From positions 5,890,001-5,954,000 of the forward strand of contig OZ365115.1 in the NCBI GenBank assembly GCA_977030845.1: a DNA stretch of 64,000 nucleotides, written 5' to 3'. Source of the DNA: Fimbriosthenelais zetlandica (Eukaryota). Below, piece by piece: positions 1 to 11,400 of this stretch. How positions within the stretch are numbered: the stretch's first letter is position 1; every line of letters begins with the position of its first letter. A program made the translations under genes and the position numbers. Under the pieces are notes generated by a model. That model searched no databases. It was given only the letters and a program-made list of their open reading frames with translations, and was not told the origin of the DNA.

Positions 1-413
1 ACATGCAACTTGCGAAATCTTGAAAAATTCAAACCAACACAGTAAAATCTATATTTAGTGAACACCACTTAGTCCCATTAAAGGAACTCCTCAGGATGGC
101 GAGTACCTTTATGCAACACCTGAGATAGTACCATCTTATGCGATGACAGATCAAATCTGTTTAGAGAACACTTGCAAACGATTCCCCACCCCAGTCACCT
201 GAGAATTCACTATATACAGAGATTTTACTATATTATGTAATCAGAAACTTTTGAAAGCGCCATGTAACTTGAGCATAGAAAAGGAGAGAAAACCAAAAGA
301 TAATTCAAATAAGGTCATCTAAGTTGAACATAGGACAGGAGACAAAATCAAAAGATAATTCAGATTAATTAAATAACTTAATATTCTTAGACCACCCAGG
401 AGGTTATCTGATT

Positions 414-1226
414 TTACGTACCCCCACATCTCTCCTGAGATTCCCCAGCAAAAGTGTCAGTAAACATGGTACTTGCACGCAGCTGGGAACGCATTCTATA
501 CCCAAGTCTGACCGGAGTTGTCTGTGGTGAGCGGGGACGAGCGGGAGCAGGTGGGCTGTTCATGGGAACCATCAAACGGGGGCGAATGTTGAGGCGATCG
601 GGCGGGGATGGGACAGCGTGAGACCGGTTAGTGGGAACAAAGAAATCTTCTCGTTCTAAGGTGGGAGAGGATGACATGGACATGTGATGGGGAGGACGTA
701 TGCCTAGGGATGTGTTGGGATGAGTAAGAGAGGGGGGTGTATGAATGACTGGAGGGGAAGGCATGAGAGTGGGAGGTAGCGATAACGGGGTGTTCATGCC
801 ACATCTAACTGAGGCAGACTGGGTATTATTGCCCTGCTGTAATGTTCCACATGGCCGAAGAGTAGAAGGAGGTGGTGGCAGCCTTGAAAGGCCTGCAACT
901 GTCATACCTGGTGCCTTCCATGTTTGTGGCGGCCATACATGCTCTGACATTGGTGTTGGGTTGGAGGAAGGTGCATAGTAGTTGGTAGCGGGCTGGCCGG
1001 GCTGTGAGTAATAGACTATGGGCTGTCTGGGTCCATAGTTAACAGGTGCCGGGACGGTTGTCGGCGCTGCTTGTATTGGCGCTGCTTGTATTGGTGCTCC
1101 TTCATGATAGAATGTAGTTGAACCTGATGGGCCTGAAGGGGCTGGGGGTCCTGACGATGGCATTACAAACTGTGGTGGACCCACCAGTCTGGGCTGGGCC
1201 CAATATCCATAATGTGGAGCAGTCAT
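414..1226 (-). CDS. Proline-rich, low-complexity protein of unknown function (probably one large internal or first coding exon)
   Basis: 270-aa open frame rich in P/S/T/Y/Q, with an internal 15-bp duplication (AAPIQ AAPIQ). It is bounded by an acceptor (ctattttag|, exon starts 1243) and a GTACGT donor (exon ends 422). An upstream exon at ~1670-1778 ends in GTAAG in a compatible phase. No recognisable domain. Confidence 0.5.
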   Translation of the reverse strand: MTAPHYGYWAQPRLVGPPQFVMPSSGPPAPSGPSGSTTFYHEGAPIQAAPIQAAPTTVPAPVNYGPRQPIVYYSQPGQPATNYYAPSSNPTPMSEHVWPPQTWKAPGMTVAGLSRLPPPPSTLRPCGTLQQGNNTQSASVRCGMNTPLSLPPTLMPSPPVIHTPPSLTHPNTSLGIRPPHHMSMSSSPTLEREDFFVPTNRSHAVPSPPDRLNIRPRLMVPMNSPPAPARPRSPQTTPVRLGYRMRSQLRASTMFTDTFAGESQERCGGT

Positions 1227-1985
1227 CGTGGAATGGGAATGATCTAAAATAGATGAGGGATCTTTTCATGAATGAATTTCTCCCATGCTTGCTCAAGAGT
1301 CTGCTGAAATCAACGGATATTAAAGTGGCAGACCCCGGGCAGACCATGGCCATGGGCGATAATAGGTGCATTGTTTATAGTTACTTATATTTCTGACCAT
1401 ATTCTCAAAGTCAACGAGCCTCACAGAAACAGCTCATGATAGAAACAGACCGATTAAAGTCGATTAAGAAGAGTCTATGATAAAACAGATAAATACCGAT
1501 TATATAGAACGAGTAGAGAGGGTTTCCTCAGCCACAGGCAGTGTGGCTAGGCATGACCCCAAATCGGCGCGAAATGAGGGACAGTTATCATGCCATTGGT
1601 ATTTAAAATAAGTTCGACAGGGTCTAAAACTTCGAACATAAGATAAATAAACTAGAACGCGTTCACTTACCAAAATCTACAGGAAGGCATTGAAGAAGTA
1701 CACCAAATAATACATGTTTCTTCAGTCGTAGGTCACGTTTTGAGATCTGTTCCCACGAATGCTCGTATCTGCCACCAACTGTTAAAACTAGAAACTAATG
1801 ACCTACATACCAGAACTAGGTCACTAGATCCGGTTGTCTCCCGCCAAGACTCAGATGTACTCAGAAACCTCTCCTACATTATTTCCATACATACCATAGA
1901 TAATACTTTCCATAAACATAGAAATATATCTCTGTCTATGTCTATGCCTCTTTCCTACTACCCCCGCCCATCCCCCATCCCTCAC

Positions 1986-2350
1986 TGTTACAGCGCGGGA
2001 AACCTAGCGCGCGACTGTCCCGCAGCGAATGAGAAATCCGACGCCCAACGTGAAAAAAAAATAATAGAAGCAGAGTTCTTCTATAAACAAAATTTAGAAT
2101 CAAATCGATCTATCTGTTACCAACAATACAAAGTGAAATGAGTTATAAATAGCACTATTAACGTGTTACCCATATTTGGCCCGTGATAGTTCCTGTCTCG
2201 TGGCTGTGAGTGACTCGAGTGTGACACTGTGACACTGTGACTGTAAACATCGATTGGCTGGAAACCAGATTGTTTTTTACAAGAGAAAGTTATCGAATGT
2301 CTAAAGTATCTACCCATTATGTGAGCCAGTATTTTTCTGGCTGCAGCTTG
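1986..2350. promoter_or_regulatory. Candidate bidirectional promoter between TERB1 and the proline-rich gene
   Basis: CpG-rich patch at ~1990-2060 and outward-facing splice donors: minus GTGAGG at 1985 and plus GTGAGT at 2351. Inference only. Confidence 0.35.
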
Positions 2351-2429
2351 GTGAGTGTCATTTTATAAATAAGTATTGCCTGCTACAACAAGTAGTGCTA
2401 CGGCCTACGCCCACGTCTACGAGAACGAG

Positions 2430-5400
2430 ATGGAGAAAACAACCGGAGACAAAATATTAGAGGGTACACTTATCTTAAGTATAATTCTATTTGACTATTT
2501 TCTGTCCTTACACAGCACACTAATTCAGGTAGGCCTATAACCTACTAATTAAACGTTTAACTAGAGAATTATGGCCCATTGGCTATAGAGTAATTAGTAG
2601 CCTATCGATCTACGATTATGATTAATCATTTGATCGAGATCGATTTTTAATTAATATAGATCTAGACTTATATTAAATCTCACATTTTTAGAAATGGAAA
2701 CTGACCTTCAACTCCTCTTGGAATGCCTCAGGTGTCAAAGCAATGATCCTGTCCAAGCAAAACAAACCCTTCTTGCAATTGGGTCTTTGTGTTCGTCCAA
2801 TTGTAAGTATCACCGATAAGCATTTGCCCCTATAATAACTAGTACCGGGTAGGCCTAATAGCTGACATTATGTTATCCTCTTCCAGACGTCATGATCTTA
2901 CCATATTGTTATTTGTAGACAATGACAATGACAATGAAGTTGGTTTTATTGACTCACGTAGTACAGTGTATGTCAGCACCATGGTTTGAAATGACTAGAT
3001 CTAACGTCACTAATGTAATCTATATGATCTATGTCATTCTGGATTCAACTTCGAGTAGATCTGGCCACTCAAAAATTAGATTATTTTATTTCACTGCCAG
3101 GGAGAAGTGAAGGAATTTGTGACCATTCTGCATGAAATTACATTTTTAATCTGTGTCTGTGCTGCAGACCACCATACATTACATTTTGGCGGTTCAAACT
3201 TAATTTTAGTGGACAATGAATGCGAAATTGAAGATGGTGAATGGAGCATGGTATTAAAACCGGTCTGACTCGTTCTAAATAAGTGTTACAAGGCACTTTG
3301 TTGAAGTTTCATAGTCATAGTATTGTTTCAATATAAAAAGATATAAATTTAGAGTTAGGGATTAGTGCAAGTGCAGTGACAGTTCTTGAAATGTAGCTCC
3401 CCAGTAATATTCACCCGCCCAGACGGTGATTCTTTACTACCAGCTTTCGGTATTTCTGTAGCTTCTGTAATTGTGGTTGTTGGAATTGTGGTTGATTCAT
3501 TTTCTGTGTCGGTCTTATCATGACCAATACACAAACCAGTCGTAGGGAAGTGGCTGCAATCAAGGTTTTGTGGCCACTGAAAACCATATTTGTTCAGGAC
3601 TGGTTCACAGCCCTCCCTCGCTGTTTGACACAGGGCTCGACATGGAGGAATTGTGTCCTCAAGAACAGTGCAGACAGGGGCGTACACAGAGCAGAGGAAA
3701 AATCTGAAATTAAGAAATGTTAATTGTTAATTTGTATACCACCTCTAAATAGTATAAGTTTAATTTTAATTCTTGTTCATCCCCAAATCATTGGTGATGC
3801 ATTCATTTAGGCCCAATATGTAATAGTTATACAGTATATATAAAAAACTTAGATCCTTAGAATAGACATCAAAGCATCAAGAAAACTTCTCAAGAATAAT
3901 TTCTTTTTTATATATTCGAAGATATACATTTATTATTCAATTTTTTACAAATGAAATATCACTCAAATAGGGGGTTAATTTCTATGGGGAGAAATATCCA
4001 AACCAATTACATTCAGAGAATTCAGTCTGGAATGATTTTAAATGATAAACTTACTTCAGTACTGGAGAGCATTGAAGTTTTACCAACGGAAAGAACTGAT
4101 GGATTTCTAGACCTGCGTCATCCTGCTTAACATGGCCGAGCATGTTGGGATATATAGTCATGTTGTAAGGCAAGCCTCCACACAGTGGTATCCTCAGTGG
4201 CTCACATCTTCCATGTCCATTCTCAGCGCTAAAAACAATCGCTATGTTAATGACGAACATCAGCACATTCTGAATTAAGGCCATGTTCCTGTTTTTCCAA
4301 GATGGATTCAGTTGTATTTAGCTCAACTGAATTTATATTTTATATGTGTGATATGATATTCCCAGTTTGTTCACTATCAGAGTTCAGAGTGGGCAAAGAG
4401 CAGATGATGATAGAGAGCAGAATACATGTGTTATATGAGTCAAGCTTAGTGTTCATATAGGGCAGTAGCAAGAACCAACCTGACCCACAATGGCACATTA
4501 TTAGAGCTTATCATATTGGCTAAATAGTGATTCTCATATATTATTATCTATGATTATTGGCCAACTAGCGAGCCCCAAAGAGGACGTCCAACGAAGACAG
4601 TTTAAGTTCTGCGGGTGTAGGTTGGTGAACCTTGCCACAGCAGGGGGTATTTAGGGTGGGGTATTTAGGGTGGAAAGTGTCATGTCAGACAGGCAGAGAA
4701 ATTATTTCCTGATATCAATAATAGTGGTTTTTAGTGACACTGCGCTCAGTGGCCGCACCTATGAGTATTAATCTTACTTGCGCCCCTATAGGTATTTATG
4801 CGCGCCAATGGCCAAGATCAATCTCTGGATCATTTCTAAGAAGAGGAATTAATTTATGCAGAGAATATTAAATTATACCCTTTTCACACGAAACAGAAAA
4901 AATAACTAATACTATTTTAACATTGCAGTCAGTAGCAGGGAAGTTTTAAGGGAGAATGGAGGCATTAAATTCATTCTTAACTTGCTCCTAACCACGCGAG
5001 TGACAGACATAAAAGAATCTACTCTCTTCACACTGGGATGTGCTGTGGAAAACACACGTTAGTATCCAGGCTGCTTAATAGAACTTAGTGCACAAAAATG
5101 TTATCATTCACTAAAGTAGAATATTTCTTCTGGAAGATATTTTACTCAGGTATAACATTACTTATAAATTTGTGTGCCTCCTGTTTAAATATAGATTAAA
5201 TAAAATATTTCAAAAGTTGGATCTAATAAATTAATATTTATAAATTTATTTGGGATTATTTTGGTTGAGTATAGTGCCCCCCACTAAAATGACCACCTCA
5301 TTATATGATCACACTTGGCACAGTCCCGAGGGTGGTCGTATTAGTGAAAATGAAATTAATCATACATCATATTCTCATCGAGTGAATGAAATATTCTTTA

Positions 5401-8400
5401 CCCTCAGCCTATTCCCAGATGGTGTTGTCTACGGGTCCTGTCTTCACGTTCATCAATAGTTTGTTAAGAGATTCTCATGCCAGTCCAAGACAGCTGCAGG
5501 TTACATGTTTCTTACTTCTAGGCCTCGTCTCTAACAACAGTAAGTATAGCACAGATAATAAGCTGCTTCCAGTATCATATGAATCCCTCAATTTTCTATC
5601 TACTGAAATAAGGATACCATCTTTTGTTAGACTTGGATGGTACTGGAAAATTGAAAGTTATCTTCATAATTTGTGCTTGTCCAAGATGCATTTCATCTCA
5701 TGAATAGTGGTTTCTGACTGTCTCCGAATATTCCCATTATTGGTCATTGGTGTAATATCTTTTTAATTGAAACGTATTTCCCAGGTCAAGGACAGATGTT
5801 GGCTCGGACATCAGAATGTCTAGATGCACTTTTCCACATTTTCAAGTAAGTTGTATATCTCTTCATCATTTGCCCTTGTGTTGAACATACCTGCCAAAAT
5901 AGCTGCCCACTCCCACCCCACCAACCCCCACCTCATCCCACTCGCCCACACGCCCACACGCCCCCACACCTCAACTAACCTAAGAAAGTCCTAACCAGTC
6001 ACGGTCCCTGATCATCAGCTCTTCCAGTAGGAAAGAAACATTTCTATTTCTAGAAGTTAAATTACCAATCAGGCCAGAAAAGGCATATATACACATACAT
6101 GTACGACTTTCAGACTTGCCATTTTCTTTAGTGAACACCCTCCACTTGAATAGTCAGTACATGGTCAGCAGGCAGGCCTGAGAAAACGGTCGGCCAAGTG
6201 AGAGATTTACCATAAACAGAAGCACATTTTCTTATCATACTTTTACGAGGAAAATGACTGTACTTATGTACCATCCTACTAATTGTTTTATATTGTACAT
6301 CGTGTGTTTAGGACCAGCTTGCCGACCAATGAAGCAGCTCTAGTGACGAGTCAGGATGAGGAGTCCTGGTTTGAGGAGTTAGAGACTCAGAGTGTGGAGG
6401 TGTGGACGGCTGCTACTAACGCTATCTCTGGATGTCTCAACAATCCTCAAAATGGTCAGTGTGCACTGCTAAATAAGCTTATAAACTATAAAACTATTCT
6501 GTGGGCATTTGCAGAACATTTTGTAACATGATTTTTAGCACTACTTAGTCTTATTTCTTATATGTCTTTATTTAAAATATAACATGCCTGTAGTACCTAA
6601 ATTTACTTCCAAATGATGATCAAATCATAACTGTAATATGTTAATTTCTAAATATTTTTTCTCTGACCAGATGACAACCAGCGACTTTGTGCTGCCATCT
6701 TTCCCCGGGCCTTTGCTTATCTCCAGGGCCAGTGTAGTCCTGCAGTACTAAAACCCATCACTTCACTCATAGGCCTGGCTGCTGCCAACAACTGTAAGTT
6801 GATATTATCTTTTTAATCCATTTATGAATTTATACTAAAAATCCTGAGGTTTTCAGCCTAATCCCAATGGTGTAGCAGTGACCGCCTTGACATTCTTTAA
6901 TTTATGCTTTCACTACACGTGTGGGTCTGGGTGGCTGAATGATTAGTGTGTTTGACTAGAGTTGTTCCCTATTCCCAACAGTTGGACGTCCTGAACTGTG
7001 TCTAGGCATACCAAGAAGGGTCTCTACTATCATGAGTATGTTAGGATTATAACCAAACACGCCTACCTACCCACTCCAATCCAGTGCTCCCCCCCCCCCC
7101 CACCTCCCCCCCACCACCCGACACACACACACACCCCATCACCAGCCCAACCCCATTGGTTTGGTAAAGCCTGACAAGTACTTCAGTGTTACCTTATTGT
7201 CATCATCTACCTAGCTCATTTGGGTAATTTCGGGCTTGTCCAGTTAGGTGGGATTGTTTGGCCATGAGCATGTTACGTCACAGGCCCTTGTAAGATTTAC
7301 CTCTGCAGTTCAGGGAGTCCAACTGTTGTGAGTAGGGAGCTAACTCTATTCGAAGCTCAAATATCGTGGAATCGTGTATATAAAACAACGATATTTTATG
7401 GGATACCAGATTTTATTAATATTCACTATCTGGAAATATTATATTTTGTTTTTAATTTTCGGTATTTTTCGAAACTTTTGGACTCAGATCACAACCAGCA
7501 ACGTGTACAGAAGGCTGGAGGAGTGAAGGTGCTCATGTCGGCCTTACATCGCTCAGTAAACCGAATACAGCAAGCTGAACACCAAGATATGGCTACCTAT
7601 ATCATATCTACACTCGACACCCTCATCTCTGACAATGGTAAGTGAAGCTTTGAGTGGAAGTATGGTATTTATATCACATAATATTTTTTATTCTATTCGT
7701 AAATATTTTGTTATAATTGTAGGTGTGCTGGGTAAGGAATGTGTTATGTGTTATAATTTTAGGTGTGCTAGGTAAAGATCGTTATGTGTTATAATTGTTA
7801 ATGGGCTAGATAAGGAATATTATGTGTTATAAGCTAGGTATTTAATGTGTTATAATTGTAGGTGAGCTAGGTAAGGTTGTGTTATGTGTTATAATTGTAG
7901 GTGAGCTAGGTAAGGAATGTCTTATGTGTTATAATTGTAGGTGAGCTAGGTAAGGTTGTGTTATGTGTTATAATTGTAGGTGAGCTAGGTAAGGAATGTC
8001 TTATGTGTTATAATTGTAGGTGAGCTAGGTAAGGTTGTGTTATGTGTTACGATTGTAGGTGAGCTAGGTAAGGTTGTGTTATGTGTTATAATTGTAGGTG
8101 AGCTAGGTAAGGAATGTGTTTTGTGTTATAATTGTAGGTGAGCTAGGTAAGGTTGTGTTATGTGTTACGATTGTAGGTGAGCTAGGTAAGGTTGTGTTAT
8201 GTGTTACGATTGTAGGTGAGCTAGGTAAGGTTGTGTTATGTGTTATAATTGTAGGTGAGCTCGGTAAGGACTGTGTTTTGTTTTATAATTGTAGGTGAGC
8301 TCGGTAAGGAATGTGTTCAGTTAGGTATGGTGATTCTACTCCACCGTCTACTCACCTCCCAAACGTTCCACTCCCACAACCTCCTCAGATTTATCATCAC

Positions 8401-11400
8401 CCTAGGTCATCTCCTGGAAAATTCAGGTAATCGTTTTAAGCTAACATTTTGAATTCTCTCTCAACCATGACTTCCTTGATCAGTAATTTAGGCCAGTTTT
8501 AACAGCTTGAACAAACTTTAAGTATGGATGTTATGTTTTAGTGGAGAGCAGACATCAGTTTACAGAAGCGGGTGGCATGGCTAGCTTAGTTGGTCTACTG
8601 ACCAGAAGTAACGATCCTCAGCTTGTTAACGCTGCCAAGTACGTTCTCCATCACTGTGTTAACGAAGGTCAGTTCTCCACCATTTTTCTACACACAGAAC
8701 CTGCAACTAAGTTAGATTTAATGCAGTTCCTCAGAGAAATCACTCATTAGTTTGTGTTCTTAATATTTGTATAGGAACAAACCAAAACACTGTTAATGTG
8801 GAGAAGGAAGATGCAAGCAAGAATGAAGTACCACCCCTCCATGATACGCAGGTTGCTAATTCAGCTCCTCTAGCCTCAACTTCCAATAGTGAGGCCCAGA
8901 GAGTGTAAGTATTTATTATCAATTTCTCATTATAATCGAGCAATTGTACTGCAATTGCTTCCCTTTTGGAACGGATACTCAAACTGAAGCTTTTACATTC
9001 TTGAAGTTCCCGTCTGATTTTTGTTGATTAAAATGCCTCTTTCTTCTTCCAATATTTAGTTTAAAATTCATTCAAGATAGATCCTTTACTAATTGATAAT
9101 TCAGGGAGAAGATGATTGATGACAAGTTGAAGGCGTTAGAGAGACGACTCTCCAAAGATTACGTGGAATCTGAACTGTCTGTGTCTCGTTTATGTCAGAC
9201 AAAACCCAGCACTGTCACCCTTCACTCCGACCCTCGTTCATTTACCTTGGATGGGAATAACACCATACAATCTATCCAGCAAAACCTACCTGGCTCCTGT
9301 CAACCTCATGGATCTATCCCTTTGCCAATGTCCCACTATCAAGCCCCTTCTCATAATATCAATGCCGTGCAAGCTTCTGGTGATTTTGTGGTCCCAAACC
9401 TCATGTCCACAAGCATCCCTCTTACAAGCCAAACACAGATATTGACAAATATGACTGGGAATGTCTCTCAACCATCTCAAAACCAAGAAAATAAATATAT
9501 TACATACAAGGGAGCGTCCAACCGGGGCATGACCATGCCACTACCAGTTTCAGCAACAGATGAACATCCTGTGCCTAAAGTTTCTGGATATTCAAGGCGG
9601 CAACAGCCAAGAAATGAATTAGAAATTCAGTTGGAAAAGGTAACAATATTTTGCATCATCATTTACTGTACTAATTTCTTTCCTATTTCATTAAACAAAA
9701 TTCAAACTTTTGCTCAAAACCATTATCTAAAATAATATTCATGTGCCTCTAGCTCTCCCTAGTTCTGAACTCTTAGGTTTTTGTCATATTTTGATTATTT
9801 TAGGAAAGAAAATTAAGGAAAAGTATGGAAGCCAAAGCAAGAAATCTCGAGCAAACCTTGAAAGACAAAGAGCGGAAGGAAAATGCGCAAGCTGTAGCAC
9901 TGGAATTGAAAAAGCAAGAAAGAGCAAACCTGAAGGTGAGATATTTGAAGTTTTTATTTCTTTTTTTGTTCCATATTGGTCAAATGTTTAGACAGAATAC
10001 AAGAGCATTCTTATTTATGCTACTCAATACTAATATATCTTTTTTAGCAGAGAACAACCCTTCGAAAGGATTTACGACATGCCCCTGAAAGAAAGACTAG
10101 AAGTGAAATTTTGTCCTTTCTCAGTGAGGAGGATATCAAGTCTCCCCTCATGTCCTCTACTCCGAACACCTCCCCTTCATCCGAGGACACCAATCCCCAA
10201 GATGGAAGACAGGAGAGGAGAGGCAAACTTATCGACAATCCCAGATCTGATAAAGACATTCGGAAAGATGCTAAAATTCCTAAATGTGGCCGAGAGGAAA
10301 AGAGACTGGAAGGGAAAGACAAATCAAAGCAGGCAGGTAAAGCCAGAAAGGAAAGTGTTCAAACACAGAAGAAATCTGCAGAAAATCTGGAAGAGAGTGA
10401 AGAAAGGCTGGAATCCAGTGATTCAGAGAAGTCCCAGAATAAAACAGTTGGACTCCAGACACAGATGTCACCAGTGGTAACAGTAGCAGGACCAGGCCCG
10501 AGTGTCTCTGAAACGCCTAAAAATAGAAGCCAGTCTATTGGAGTACAAACCCCAATCTCCTTCAATGCCCCTCTACTACCACCGCAAACTCAGGAAACAC
10601 GAAAAGAAAATTGCTTCCTAGCTCCCGACTACCATGGATCCCAATCCACACCAACAAAACCAAACCCAACATACACTCAGGTTGAAGTAATCTACTTTCC
10701 AAGCGCATTAGATTCGCCCAATGCCACGCTTATGCCAAGGGTTGTCTCATTGGTTCCCAAGATTTCCTCAAGGCCAGAAACGCCCCAGAAAAATGATTCT
10801 TCAATGATGAATGATTCAATGATAATACGTACACCTAGATGCTCGGTGAAGAAGATAAAGAGCAGACTAGAACCGAAGACCAGGTATTGTTGTACCCCGA
10901 TTAAGAAACCTCGGAGCCTGTGCTCTCCTGCCATACGACAGTCCAGTGGTAAATGTGGAGTTCCAGCAACCCCTGGTAGAGAATTTGACATCCAGTTGCT
11001 TCAAGCTGCTAAGGTTTCAAACAAACAAGTTCCTAATATTCAGAAACAAGTTGCGTCAAGTATTGAAAGTCTTGAAGGAAGATTCCTGAGAACTGAAGGA
11101 AACAGAGGACGGGGTAATGAAGAATTTGAGACTCCCAAGAGCAGCAGGGGAGAGTTTCGACCCCCAAAACTTGTCCACTCTTCGACTTCAAGTCTTCGCA
11201 GGATTGTTCATAAGCATGTTGATCGAAATGAGCAGAATGTACGAGATGATGTAGATGAGCTAGAGATGCAGAACCAGGGAGATCAAATCACTGATACTGG
11301 TAAGTGAATAACGAGTCTAGCTCATTGTTGGATGCTCCTAAATTCCCTGTGCAAATAGATTTTCACTGTCCTCCTCTGCAGATACCTATTTTAAAGAGGC

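Larger units (their letters stand above)
2692..8667 (+). other. TERB1: TERB1 N-terminal armadillo-repeat region (coding exons 2-10)
   Basis: Repeated helical units such as [24 protein letters not shown] and [12 protein letters not shown], collinear with the human TERB1 ARM region as recalled. Confidence 0.88.

Noticed and set aside
1670-3441. Splicing of the Frizzled CRD exon onto the proline-rich gene to make one longer protein
   Set aside because: Phase-compatible only through a weak donor (gtagta), would span the TERB1 promoter and first exons, and the CRD gene has its own stop and polyA signal.
4644-4672. Two TTAGGG hexamers in a 14-bp duplication inside TERB1 intron 2
   Set aside because: Only two non-adjacent copies; not an interstitial telomeric array, and expected by chance.
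6840-6960. tRNA gene or tRNA-derived SINE (A-box-like TGGCTGAATGA, TGGTGTAGCAGT)
   Set aside because: No B-box or cloverleaf could be built.
7711-8310. CRISPR-like array or a coding 13-aa repeat protein (ORF 8116-8298)
   Set aside because: Head-to-tail units with no unique spacers in a eukaryotic intron. The 13-aa periodicity simply reflects 39-bp units and is broken by the 40-bp units.
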